From positions 6,024,830-6,088,829 of the forward strand of contig CAVNZM010000008.1 of the NCBI GenBank assembly GCA_963693365.1: a stretch of DNA of 64,000 bases. The letters are read 5' to 3'. This document shows, one piece after another, positions 1-19,530 of this stretch (position 1 is its first letter; every line of letters begins with the position of its first letter). The notes under the pieces were generated by a model. The model was not told where the DNA came from and ran no database searches. It worked only from the letters and a program-made list of their open reading frames with translations. This DNA is from Amoebidium appalachense. Its lineage: Eukaryota > Protista > Ichthyosporea. A program made the position numbers and the translations under genes.

Positions 1-350
1 ACACACACACCCATTCGTCACCTCCCTCCATGTAAAAGAAAAACAAGAACAAAAAAAAACCACCATCATCACCATTACGACGTCAGCGTGCACCAAAACA
101 TATATTGGTGATGATATACATGTCACCCTCTCTATCCCCAACCTCCTCCCCCCCCCTCTTCCCCCACGCAGGCAGCAGGAACTCAGGCACAAGCACGTAC
201 ACAAGCACGCACCCACACATGCAGACAAACACACACACAGAGCGAGAGAAAGAGAAGGAGACAAGCACACACACAGACACCCACACCCACCCACAACCGC
301 ACACACACTCCAAACGTACACACACACACCCCACAGACACACACACGTAC

Positions 351-6098
<5,748 letters not shown>

Positions 6099-6458
6099 TC
6101 TGACTGTGTGGCTGTGTGTGTGAAGAGGGGGGAAGGGGGGGGACAAAAGGTGGGAGTTGGTGGACAAAGGGAGAGGGCAAGAGAAAGAGGGATAAAAAAA
6201 GGGCGGGTGGGTTGCGGGTGGGGGGGGGGGGGGGGAGGGGATGAGAGAGTGGAGGGGGGGGGGGGGGAGGGGGGGGGGGGGCATGATGTCAACATGTGTA
6301 TGCTCGTGGACAACAAACACGAGAGCACCAGCACGTGCCTGACAGTGACTGCGACATTAGTGGTGACTGCAGTCTCTTAATTTTTGACTACATGGGAAAC
6401 TGGGAAGTAAGAGGTTGTAGCACGGTTCAGGAAGGTGTTCTTTTTCTTTTTCTTTTTT

Positions 6459-6490
<32 letters not shown>

Positions 6491-7420
6491 GAGAGGGGGG
6501 GGGAGGGGGGGGGGGGGGGAGGGGGGAGAGGGGAGAGGGGAGAGCAGCCCTGGGGGGGGGGAAGGGGGGGGGGGGGAAGGGGGGGGGGGGGGGGAGGGGA
6601 GGAAGAGGAGCGAAAAATGCTCAAACATGCAGAGAGTTAAAAAGGGGCTGGACAAGACATGGAAGGCAGGGTGCGTGGAGTAGGGAAAGATGTTTTGGCC
6701 AATTAAAAAGTGTGCAGGGGGAGTTTGACGTGCCTTATTTCCCAGAATCTCCCAGGGCAAGATGCACATTGGACAGCATGTGACTGTTTGCTTACGTAAT
6801 AGGGGGACAGAGAGGTGTGGCAGGAGGGAACTAGAAATGGGAGGTGAATGGCAGGGAAAATCTTGCCGTGAAAGTAAGTCTTCAGTAGGAAGGGACGAAT
6901 GGGGTGGGCTTATGGCCCGGAATGGCACGGAATGGACGGCTTGTAAGGGCTTGGGGAAGGGGGGGGGGGGGGGGGGACCGTGTGTCAAGGAAAGCAGGAA
7001 TGGGGGGAGAGTGGGGAGGCAACAAGAAGGGGAAGAGGGGAGGCCCGAGGGGGGGGGGGGGGGGGGGGTGAGCTATGTGTGAGAGATATCTGTATGTATC
7101 CACGGCTGTGTGCAAGCATGTCTGGTTGTGACTGTGTTTGTTTGTAGACGTGTGTGTGTGCACCTGGCTGATGGGTAAACGAGAAAGGGGCTTCCCGAAG
7201 GCGTGTGCCCATATCAGTAATAACCCTCGTTAGTGTGGCTACTGCGTAAACGTTCGTATGCAGGGATGTGCGCGTTCAGGTGCAAGTGCATCCCAAACAT
7301 AAAGGCACGTCAAGCCTAGTGCGATGCCTGAGCGATGCTTGAAGGTTTACGATGCAACCTAGGGTGCCCTCTTTTGCTAAGAATAGATGGTAGGCACAGA
7401 CAAGGTACAAACACGCGCAG

Positions 7421-7454
<34 letters not shown>

Positions 7455-8690
7455 GGAGGGGGGGGAGAAGGGGGGAGAAGGGGGGGGGGGGGGAGAAGGG
7501 GGGAGAAGGGGGGGGGGGGGGGGGGGGGGGGGGAGATAACCTGTATCTTTGGAATCACGGATAGATAGTGTAAGGAACGTTGCAAGACACCTCAGAAAAA
7601 AGTGACAGATGTTCGACAAGGGCGTTTTCTTGCGGAGTTTTGTTGGAGTCTGGCCTCGAGACTCCAGAGCGTCACCCCAGGCAGTATCCGTGGCAGGATG
7701 ACGTCAGATGTGGCTCACGCTGTAAACTTCACTGGTTCTGTTTTGTGACCAAAAAGTTTGGCCGGAAGTTAACTTTTGCGGTTTTGGCGGGAACCAGAAA
7801 TATGATATTACGTAATCGCAAAAACTCCGCTGACATCATCACAGAAAGCGACGTGCTGTCCCCAGTGTCCTGTACAGTACTGCTAACGCCCCGGGCGCTG
7901 TTGCTTGTGCATTGGCTTATACGCACCTGTAATAAAACTTCCCAGATTTTGGTGTTCTTAGAGCTTTGCTTTCTATTTATGTAACATGGATCACAAGTTT
8001 TGGCGAGATCGAGCTCGAGAGCGGCGGCGGGTGTCGACATCCATGTGCACGCTGCTCGGCCAAACTGTGTCGTTTGGCACCGGTTCTTCTGGTCATGAAA
8101 GGCAAAAAAAATGTTTGATGTAGGTAAATTTTTCAAAACAAAAAACGCTTGGCTTGATGCTCTTTTTCGATAGTTCAGTTTCCATGCACGTGATACTAAA
8201 ATTCCTGTTAATTAACGTTGTACGTACTTCATATCCTTTATCCAGTGGACTTCGACATCACAGGCCTCGCAGCCTCGTTCACAGGTTGAACCGCGTGCTT
8301 TTGAGTGGTGTGAAACGCATCAATCACGTGGTAGACGTAAATAGAAGTAGCCATATATGGATCATTCCTAGATACCGCAAGTGACCACCACGCATATGCA
8401 TACTGAATATTGGCCAACTTCAAAGTAGCACATGCACCTAGCTTGCAGCTGTGTGGGAAGTTCACTGGGACTGCAAATACACGCACGCTTGCGGACGTGG
8501 ACGTGCCCACAATGTACATGTGCGCAGCTAGCAGCATGCATGTATATATTTTGAGTTTGAAAATTATAAGATAATTTTAATAAAAAAAAATTCGTAGTAA
8601 TATAGATGGAATTGTGTCCGATCACTTTTTGGGACAAGTTCAACTTGAGCCCGTGAGTACCCGTGACCCCGTTGGCTCTAACCGTGGAAG

Positions 8691-8758
8691 CCAATCAAAA
8701 AGGTGCCGTGGGCTCGTGAGCAGCTGAGCAGCCGTGAGCCTGGCACAGGATATATAAG
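8691..8758 (+). promoter_or_regulatory. Putative core promoter of the Agd3-like gene (CCAAT box and TATA box)
   Basis: CCAATC at 8691 and TATATAAG at 8751-8758, about 140 nt upstream of the ATG at 8890. Confidence 0.5.
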
Positions 8759-8889
8759 CCGTGTTAGATTCAAATTTGGTCAGTTCGTGCTTGCCTGTCG
8801 TTTGTTTCAACGACCTCAACCTCTCTCCACCCCTTGGGGCCATTTCTGGTCTCTAATAACAAACTCACAGGTGAAACAAAGAACTGCAG

Positions 8890-10712
8890 ATGAAAATGCT
8901 GCTATGTCTTTTTCTCCTCTGGGCTGCTGCCCTTACGGCAGCAGTTCCCGTTGTAGACCCTTTTCCACAAGCAGCCACCAACTACCAGCTGAACATGCGC
9001 ACCCTCATTCTCACAACAGACCCTGCCATGTCTCTTCTACCCGTCACCATGATGCAAGCCTACCAGCAACCATACGACGAAATCAACCTGGTTAACCGTT
9101 CTGTCAGCCCACCCGTTCTCACAGACCCACAAGCATCGTGGCTGACAAAACTCACTGATGCTGGAGGCAACCCACAATACAACAGCATTGTTCTGGCGTC
9201 CAGCACATTGGGATACGACAAGGGTGATGGCACCTGGGGTTCTGCTATGACGGCAGGAAACTGGGGGACTCTCTGGAACTTCACTGCAAAATACCAGGCA
9301 AGTAAAAGGTTGATAAATTTGAAGTTTAGACCTAGTTGCAGGCACACGAGTTTTAACTGACAAGCTTGGTATGGAAAGACGTTCCATTTGCACGTGAGAT
9401 TTTTACAACAACGAGTCATTGAACTTATGCCCGTTGATTCAGCCTCGTTTCATAAGTTAAACAAGGCTTTTCAGGTTTTTTGAGGTCATGATAATTCACA
9501 ACTTATCTTTTCTCACTTGTTAACAACCATATCTCTTGTTCACAGGTCCGTGTGGTTGTGCTTGCTTCCTCCTGGGCTGTCGATGACGGGCTCTACCCCT
9601 ATCCTGGATGGGAGAAAGGGTCGAGTGACGATGCTTGGATCTCGTTTGCCGACAACAACCTGACCGATTCCCTCCTGGGCAACGTCAAGAAAACAGCGCG
9701 CTTCAAGATTGGCCAGGTAAGCGAGTTTGTGCGCACGTCCTACTGGTACTACCCAACCTACATCAACGAGTCTGCAAGCAGCTACATCAAGCCCTTCCTG
9801 TTCATCAACCCTGAAAGCCTGCCCCCGTGTGGGTCTGGTGTTTCCTTCCTTCCCAACAGCACTGCGCCGGGAAACGCCACCTACCCAGGAGCCCGCCAAA
9901 TCACACTAACCAATGAGGTGATTGCATTCTGGACCCCGTAGCTTTTCTTCATATTTTCCTTTCTTTATTAATACTGTTTCTCAAAGTTTCATTTTCCGGG
10001 GGGGGGGGGGGGGGGGGTTCATTATCAAGTTATGTTTCTGCTTTTAAAATTAACGCAGCTTGTCACCTCTTTCTTTCTTCCTTTTACCCACAATCTGCCA
10101 CAAAGCACAACGGGAAGGGAGGGGTTTCTTCGGCTAATGTTACAAGAAGCCTTGAGATCTAGAGCTGATCAATGTACAGAGGCTGTGAAACAACGAACTG
10201 CCAAAAGTTTTCCTTCCAATGTGCCTTGAATCCGCAACAGTTTGGACACAAGCTGCACTGAAGGGATGAATGGCTGCATATCTACATAGAAAGGCGGCAG
10301 TAACGCATGAATCGCCCATACATTATAATTTACCGTTGCACCATACTCTCGTTGCAGGTTTGTGATGCCACACCTCCAAACTGGATTGCTGGCTTCACTC
10401 GCACTACTGCTGGTCGTGAAGAGATGCACTTCACCGTCAACTCCAACGTTTTTGGCCATCACGGTTTCGTTCTTGCTGACGTTTGGTTCCCGTGGATGGT
10501 GCGAGGTGTATGGCCCGGTCAGCGTCGCATTATCCTCGACACCCAAATCGATGACGTGTTTCTCTCTACTGGTGTCTACAATATCACCCTCAACCGCCAG
10601 GCAAGTCACTGCAGTTGGGCATAATCGCACTAGTGATGTGGTCGCTACTAGGAACATTTGAAATAACTAAAGCCACCCGGTCCCCCGTTTCTCCCTCTCC
10701 CTCCCTCCCCCT

Positions 10713-10746
<34 letters not shown>

Positions 10747-10774
10747 TGGTGAAGCTTTTCAGAAAAAATAAAAA

Positions 10775-10830
<56 letters not shown>

Positions 10831-13800
10831 GGGGGAGGGGAGAGGGGGAGGAGGAGGCAAGCAAAAGTTTTCCTGAATTCGAATCCCACCACTCTAAGAG
10901 CAGCATGCATTTGTAACTATCCTTTCTGCCTCCCACTTCGATGTACTAATTTTCCTGTCTGCAGGCATTTGATGACGAGCCATCCTACCGATTTACCGGG
11001 TCCGACATGGTGCACTTGGCAAACTATCAGCGTGCCCTCAACCAACAGCTCCCCTTGGGCTCTCGTTTTGTCGTTCAGTTGGCAGTAAACGGCCTGGGAT
11101 GGTACGCAAACGATGAAGGGACAGACAGTGTCAATAAGATGTTCTACAAATACCGTGATGAATTCTTTTGGGTGTCACACACGTGGTCACATATTGACAT
11201 GTACTGCTACTTCAGCAACTGTGAGGTATATGGCTTGACCAAGTACAACGACACGTTGTGGGACCTTCAAAAGAACAAGGAGTTTGAGGAAAAGGTTTTG
11301 TTTTTTGACATTCCCGCTGCAAACTTGACCACGTGGCCTACCTTTTCTCCCCGGTCTCTGGTAACGCCACGCATATCCGGCCTCAATCTCTCCGATTCCA
11401 TTCAAGCGATGATGGATGTCGGGCACGCAGTGGCTGTTGGTGACAACTCTCGCTTGGACCTAAAACCCATCAACATATACCACGAATTTCCCACAAGGGT
11501 GGCAGACAAGAATGGTCGTACGGTGTCTGTAATCCCTCGCTGGGCCACACGCATATATTTTGATGTTTCGCTGCCTGAGGAGAGCGCCAAGGAGCATGCT
11601 TCCATTTATGGCCCCAGCTGCATAGGTGTGTATACACCTGACGTAGCCAAATGTCAGTGCTGCATCAACAGAGTTCCGTAAATTTTATCTCTAAACTTTT
11701 TCTTGCGACTACTGCCACTTGTCCACCCTATTTGCTCCCATGATTTCCACCTCTTGTGTGCCTCCCACAGGATAGGTTTCTTCCTGCTTATATCGGGGTA
11801 CCTTGGGTATCACTGTACACACGCTGCGCGCACATTAAAGCACTTGCGTTCTGCTATTTCGGACTTTTGCTAACCCTCCATGTGATCGATTTCACTGATG
11901 CAGGCAAGGACAACCAAACGGCCGTGACATTCCCATGGAAGTGCAACACAACTACATTCAAGTACCCCCGTGACCTCAACATAGACGAGATGCTCATTGT
12001 CGAATCCTTCGAGGTGGCCCGCAACCTTCTAGCCTACCGTCATGACCCCTACATGTTCCACCAGGTCCGTAATTTAAATCTTAAAAGCTAGAACAAGATA
12101 ATGCCACCAGAAAACTTTCTTTGAAATAATTTGTTATTTCGTTTAAATTGCATGCCATTGGTGGTTGAGCCCGAAATACTATAATTAGAGGCTCGGATTA
12201 TAACGTTTTCAATAGATGCACACACGCACCGGGTCCAGTGCTTTTTTGAATGCTTAAGAGTATGATGGTGCAGCCCCACACCAATCATTCGACAAACAAA
12301 ACACAAGAGGTTTTTCCAGAGCTAGCTAACACAAACTCCTTTTGTTAGGCCAATCTGCGGTTCTTCGAGCATAACGGCAAGACCACCTCCCTGCTGACCA
12401 TGTGGATTGATGCGCTACTGGGACACATCTCCAGCTACCACACCTTCCCCATCTACACGATAAAGATGGACGATCTACACGAGTATGTCCAAGTATAAAT
12501 CCCCCCCCCCCCCCCCCCCAAAAAAAAGACCCCCCCCCCCCCCCAAAAAAAAAAAAAAAAAAAAGAAAGGAGCGGGAACCTCCCCCGCCCCCCTCCCCCC
12601 CCCCCCCCCCCCCCTCCGCTCTCTCGTCTCTCTCTATCTCCCTCCCCCCCCCCTCCCCCCCCCCTCCCCCCAGGCCTCCAAAAAAAAAAAAAAAAAAAAC
12701 GCACATGAGAAAAACGGGCTTTCACCCCCCCCCCCCCCCCCCCCCCCTCTTATCTCCCCCCCCCTCCCCCCCCCCCCTTCCCCCCCCCCCCCCCTTATCT
12801 CCCCCCTCCCCCCCCCCCCCCCCCCCCTCAAAAAAAGGGGGGGGGGGGGGGGGAGAGTAGAAGGAGAAAAAGAAGCAGTTTCAACTTTCATGCTTCTCGG
12901 CTCCCCCCCCCCCCCCCCCCTCTTTCCCCCCCCCCTTTCCCCCCTCCATCCCCCCCCCCCCCCTATCCTTTCAAACCCCCCCCGGCCCCCCAAAATCCTT
13001 TCAACCCCCCCCCCCCCCCCCCCCCCCCCGCCCAGCCCGCCCTTTTGCCCTTTCAAAACCTCGGTCTTCCCCCCTCCAATACCACCCACCCCATCCACCT
13101 TATTATGCACAAAACAACTTCCTTCAATTGTCTCTGACTGGCACATGTGTACTATGTATTAGGCTAAGCCCTCTTCCCCTCCCCGTGGCAAACTTAAATA
13201 ATTATTATTATAAAGCTCGGTTGATTTCACCTTTCCTTGACATCAGGTTTTCTTTTCTATGCTCTAATCATTGGCTCCGCAGAGCTGGTTGCCATGGCAG
13301 ATTTTTAACATGATAGGTGTGTGTGGGTGTGTGGGTGTGTGTGCGGGTGTGTGTTGTCACGGTCTGCAAGTGCACCCATCTTTGTGCATGCATATTTAAG
13401 TGGATGGGTCACGGCAGGCATGCATGTGCATGTTTTTCGTGGAAAGGGCGGGACGGGTGGGAAGAGGGGTAGGAACCAGATGGGGAGAAGAGGGGGGGGG
13501 GGGGGGGGGGGGGGAGGTCTGCTATGCATCAGGGGCATATTCGGGCCCTGCACCTCGACTTTAAATTTCATTGCCTTTTACACAGGATCGCATGAAACGA
13601 GACAACTCCAGCATCAGCGGGAAAGTGAATGTCGTCAACGGGCAGTGGGCAAGCTTGACACTGGCCAGCAATGCCTCCTGCACGGCAAAGGTCACCCGCA
13701 GCCCTCACACCACCCTTCAGTTTGCAGGCGGCCAGATGGAGGAACCTTACGGCCTGGACCGCACACGTGATGTCAAACTGGATGGTACGACTCTCCAAAA

Positions 13801-15057
13801 CACAACTTCAAAACACTTCAAACCAACCCTTTTCGTATTTCGACCTCCACCAACACTGCTACGCCGGTTAAAGCAAAAGAAGGAGGTTGGAGGGGGTTTT
13901 GCCGGAAAGGAGGAGGCCGGAGGGAGGAGTGTGTGTGTGTGTTTGGTGGGGGGGGGAGGGGGGGGGGGGGGGTAAGTCAAAAAATTATAAAGGAAAACCC
14001 CGTGGCTGGCACAACTGCACACATAGGCAGACATGCAAGGGTATACACAGTTGCCTGCAAACCCTTTCCCCCCCCTCCCCCCAATACAAACATGTGTTTA
14101 CTTGGCGGAGCTCTTAGACAATGATTTATACAATCATAAGGCTTTGCCTGCTCCGTAATAATCCCGGCAGGTGTTGGTGGTGGGTGCGTGGTGGGTGGGT
14201 GTGTGTGTATGTGTGTGTGTGTGTGTGTTGGGGGGGGGGGGGGGGGGGGGGGGGGGACCAAATGTCATGCTTACAGATTTTTCCTCGCCGTGCGATATTC
14301 TTGCTTAGTGATAAGAGACAGAATTTTTGGTTTATTTCTCAGTTCTCTGTTGCAGCTGCTATTTGCTTACCATCTGACCATTGATGTTGTACGTATCCGC
14401 CACTGCAGGTATCAACCCCGTAACCATCCTGTTCGGCACACCCTCCACACCAACACCCCTCAAGCCGTTTCTTCCCTACCCACCTGTCAACCACACCATC
14501 GACGTTACCGTACTGGACAACACCACCCTTACCATCACCAACTACCAGAATCTGGTAGTGTCGGAATTGGCCAAGGTGGAAAAGGCGTTGAAGGAAAGCT
14601 TGCCTGTGGATTTTACCGATGTGGACCTATTTATCGGGTTGCCATCGTCGACCTGCAAACCCTCTGGATTTGACAATACGGTGACTGCGGCATATAAGGC
14701 TTTTGATGAGGCGAGCAAGCCCGCACAGGAGGCCAGGAACAAAAATATTGAAGGCAGTTGGTATCGACACATGGAAGATGCCATTGCAGAAAAGTTCAAC
14801 GAGCTCAAGGTGAGCAATGGGCAATCCCTACCATTTTCACGTGCATTATGCAAAAAACCATCTGCACAGCATATGGTGACTTCATGTGTGCACATGTGAG
14901 CATCTTCTTCCGAATCCAAACTTTTACTCCGTCTCTACCTCCCAGGCCGTTGAATCTGAGTCCTCCCCCCCCCCCCCCCCCCCTTCCCCCCGGCGTTCGC
15001 GCCTCCTTGTGGTTGCCTTTCTTTTCTTCTTTCGTTCGTATTGATCATGTACACGAA

Positions 15058-15098
<41 letters not shown>

Positions 15099-15501
15099 AA
15101 AAAAAAAAAAAAAAATTACCCACGCCAATTTTCACTTTTGATTGAATCTTCACCTCGAAATTCCTTCTATCCACCCCTTTGGGACAACCATGTACCGTGT
15201 TCCCCCTTCCCCATCCCCCCCCCCCCCCCCCCCCCCTCCCCAACACACACACACACACACACACCACCTTCTCCCCACGCCAATCATGCAATCCACTCAA
15301 CCACCCGTTTCCCTTCTCTCCTTGCAGGTGACTGCGCAGTCCGTGGTTGGGGGCACACCAGCCGAAGCCGAGGAGATAGCACGTCGGTTTTCATACAACA
15401 GCATCGATCGGATGGAAAATTTTGCCACGGTAGTTATCAAGAGAAGATATGAGGAAATGAACAATGTCGCAAAGGAGGTGGGCGCCAAGCCAAGCTGCTA
15501 G
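8890..15501 (+). CDS. agd3: Secreted Agd3-like (carbohydrate esterase family 18) polysaccharide deacetylase, ~920 aa, 9 exons
   Basis: Exons 8890-9297, 9546-9917, 10358-10600, 10965-11625, 11904-12064, 12349-12492, 13586-13784, 14409-14809, 15328-15501 total 2763 nt in one open frame. Signal peptide MKMLLCLFLLWAAALTAA. Motifs GQRRIILDTQIDDVFL, FWVSHTWSH, VTPRISGL, VGDNSR, IPRWATRIYF and RHDPYMFHQANLR match remembered Aspergillus Agd3 motifs (TQIDDMFL, SHTFTH, PPAITGL, VGDNTR, PRWATRIYY, RHDGYMFHQANLR). Confidence 0.88.
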
Positions 15502-16323
15502 TGTTAGTGTGGTAACATAGTAATCGACGAAAGCTGAACGATATCATTTTGGAGGTTTTTGTGAAAATAGTAAGACTGCATACTTTTCAAATTGATGTAA
15601 ACTTGGATGCGAATTCACAAACCATTATTTTACGTGTAGAAGTAGTACATTGCGCTTTAAAAAGGTGCAAGGTGTTAAAAAACGGCGCAATACCTTTCAT
15701 GACTGCGAACGAAGTAATACAATGAATACTCACCGACTGGTCAAGATGTAGAGCATTTAATCTAAGATCCCCCCCTCACCCCCCTCCTGAGGCTCCTCGC
15801 GCCCCCCCCCTCCCCCGCTTCCCTCATCAAAAAAGAAACGTGGCAAACCGTCTAAACCACACGAACACACACACACACACCTGAACACACAAACACACAC
15901 CTGAGCAATTATTTTACTAGCGGCACAGACACACACACACACTTGAACCGCGACACGACACGAATTAACGCACACCTGAGCCCGATAATGCATCTCAGGC
16001 ACTCAAACACCTGAACACACGGACACGTGGTACAAATACACACACTCACGTATACACAAGCGCATGCACCCAAATAAGCAAATAAACACACCGCCCATTG
16101 GGTTTCACCTACAAAAAAACACAGTCACAGGCCTACAAGAGGAACCTATATTAGCTCAGGCCTGTCATGCAGTCACCTGCACAACCATACATACATGTAC
16201 AAGAAAGGAATGAGAAATGTGTATGTGTGAGTGTGTGTGTTTTTCTCCGTGTGTGTGCATCTCTCCCTTTCTCTCCTTCTCTTCTCTCCCCTCCCTCCGA
16301 CTCCCCTCCCCCCCTTCGGGAGG

Positions 16324-16697
<374 letters not shown>

Positions 16698-16962
16698 CAG
16701 CCGCCCCTCGGACCCCCGCCCCCCCCAAAAGGCTCGCGTTCTCTCTCTTCTCTCTCAACCCTCTTATAGGTGCTAGATATCATGTATGGTACGGGTGGGT
16801 AAAATTCTTATGTGTATGGAAAGAAATTATTGCGGCAGGGAAATGGGACTGGGGCAACTGTTAAAAATCATAATACAGCTTAGGATACTTGGAAACACCG
16901 GTAGTGCAGGGTGGTGGTGGTGGTGGTGGGGGGGGGGGGGGTTGTGTTTTCGTGTCCCCCCC

Positions 16963-16993
<31 letters not shown>

Positions 16994-19267
16994 AAAAAAA
17001 AAAAAAAGAAAGCAAGAAAGAATGAAAGAAAGTTTTAGATAGAACAAAAAGTAAAAAGAAGAGGAAGAAGGAAAAAGAATTCACCCAGTAGGCAAACACC
17101 TCCGATTCTCTCTCCCCATCCACAACACCCCCTCCTTTCCTTTATAATGCCCATTCCTCCTTTGTTTCGAGTCCTCCCTCCCCCTTCCCCCTCCCCCCTC
17201 CCCCCTAGCCCCCCCCCCCCCCCCCCCCCCCCCAACCCGCCCCCCTCCCCCCCCCCCCCCCCCCCAACCAAAAAATATAAAATAAATAAATATAAAGTAA
17301 ATAAATGTAAAAGATGAAAGTTAAAAAACCCTAGACACTACGTACGGCCTTTTTCTATCACTATGGGGCGGAAAGGAACAAAATAGAAATCTACCACTTT
17401 TTTAGCGAGTTCCTATTGGTCAACGGCATAGCAGCCAATGTGCTCATAATCATGATGGCGTATGTATATATTTCGGCGGCTTAGTCAAAAGTTGGCCTTA
17501 GAGCTACTATCGAGGTTACACACTATTCGAAAGTAATTTGAAGTACATAAAAGTCCTAATAGTAAACAGGATTTGGGTGCCTAATAACTTTTTTTGTAGT
17601 GCCTTGTAGATAGCGCGGTGGGCAAATTCAGACTGGCGCAGAGCTTGTTGTTCTCGAGCAGCGGTGAGAGATGACACGTGTTCGGTCAGTCGGCGGTAAC
17701 GGCTACATAGCGGTGCAAGCTGATTGGCCCTAACGGGTAGAATGTTAAGCTCAGTCGTATGTATGATTGGATATAGATCAGGTATAGTTATGAAGTGATC
17801 CGTAGTTATCAGTAGATAGGTGATATGATTGGTGGCTTTTCCACTGTTCTAAAAATGTGAGTGAGCCGCGCACCAGCTTTGTAGAGCTGGCTGTGGGCGT
17901 CGTTCGTTCAGTTCTTGTTTTTAGAGTGAAAAGAAAAAACGGGAGGGAGCAACGTGATAAGGTAATAATTAGGCTGTTTGGGTGTTTTCTTGGTTTGGTG
18001 GCACCTTGTGTAAAGGGGCAGAAGCTGAGACCTCAGTCTGATTAGTTGGTGCCTTACGGTTTGCTCTTGCTTTCTCTTCCCTCCCTCCCACCCTTGGATA
18101 GATGAAGGGGTTCTTTCGGCCATTGTGTGCTGGAAGTGCTGTTCCTTCAATAGCCTATCATACACACACAAACACACACACATACACACACACACACGTG
18201 TGCACACACACACGGTGTTCTGGGGTTTAGGGGGTTTATCCGGGGGTTTTGGAGGTTTTCTGATCAGATACTGATATTATTTATTAGGGCTAAAATCAAT
18301 AATAAAATTCCTCACTGACTTGCATTTCTGCTTCTCTTTGTCTCGGTCACCTCGGGGAGCCACGACGGGAGTGAGGGGAAGTCTTGCCTCCGGCAAATAT
18401 ATAGCTGCTAGTCATGAGCCGCGTCGGCCAGTCAGCCAATCAGCGGCTGTTAGCCTCCTTGAATCTGGTCAAATCAACCAATCGCGTAACCCTAAAAAGG
18501 TGGTATCGTTTCTATTTTGTTCCTTTCCACCCCATAGCGCTCTCACATCTCTCCTCTGACACCTGCCGTCCACTGACTGTCTCCCTCTCTCTCAGCTTCC
18601 CTTCCTCCCTAATCATTATGATACTTTTCTTTCTCGACTGATCAACCCAGTCCACTTAGTACCTCGACCACTCCCCTTCCCCCCCCCCCCCCCCCCCCCC
18701 CCCCCTTCCCTTTTGGAACAAACACCTGCCTTGGTTACCCTCTTTCTTCTCTTGTTTCGAGCTTCCGCCCTTCTCTCCCCCTTTTGCATCGATCCGGACA
18801 TTATCCTGAATGCCCCCCTCCCCCCCCTCCCCCCCCTCCTCCCTCTCCCTCCCCCCCCTCCCCCTCTCTCGCCCCCTCCCCTTTCCTCCCAACTTCCCCA
18901 CGGAAGCCCCTCCCTGATCACTTTCAGAGTCTCTAGAGAGTCTCTAGCCTCACTCACACCATGATTTCCTCGAGCTCCATCCCCCGTGCTTCTCCCCCGG
19001 GCCCCTTCTCCCCCCCCCCCCCCCCTCCTCCCCCCCCCCCTCCCCAGGCCTTCCCCCTTCCCCAGGGCCTGACCCCCCTTTCCCCACTTGCAGAGGCCCC
19101 CCTCTCTCTCACGCACATACACGCGGCATCGTGCAACACACGTCATGCATCATCACAGACAAGCACACCGGTACCCACCGACACATACACACACACAGTG
19201 TCACACGTGGCACACACAAGCACACACACACACACACGTACACACACACACACACACACACACACGT

Positions 19268-19299
<32 letters not shown>

Positions 19300-19455
19300 A
19301 CACGTGCACACGTGCACACACACCGTGACACACAAACACTAACACACACACACACTGCACACACACTGCACACACACACACACACACACACATGCACGCT
19401 GTGCATACACACACACACATGTGCACACATGCACACACACACACACACACACACA

Positions 19456-19530
<75 letters not shown>

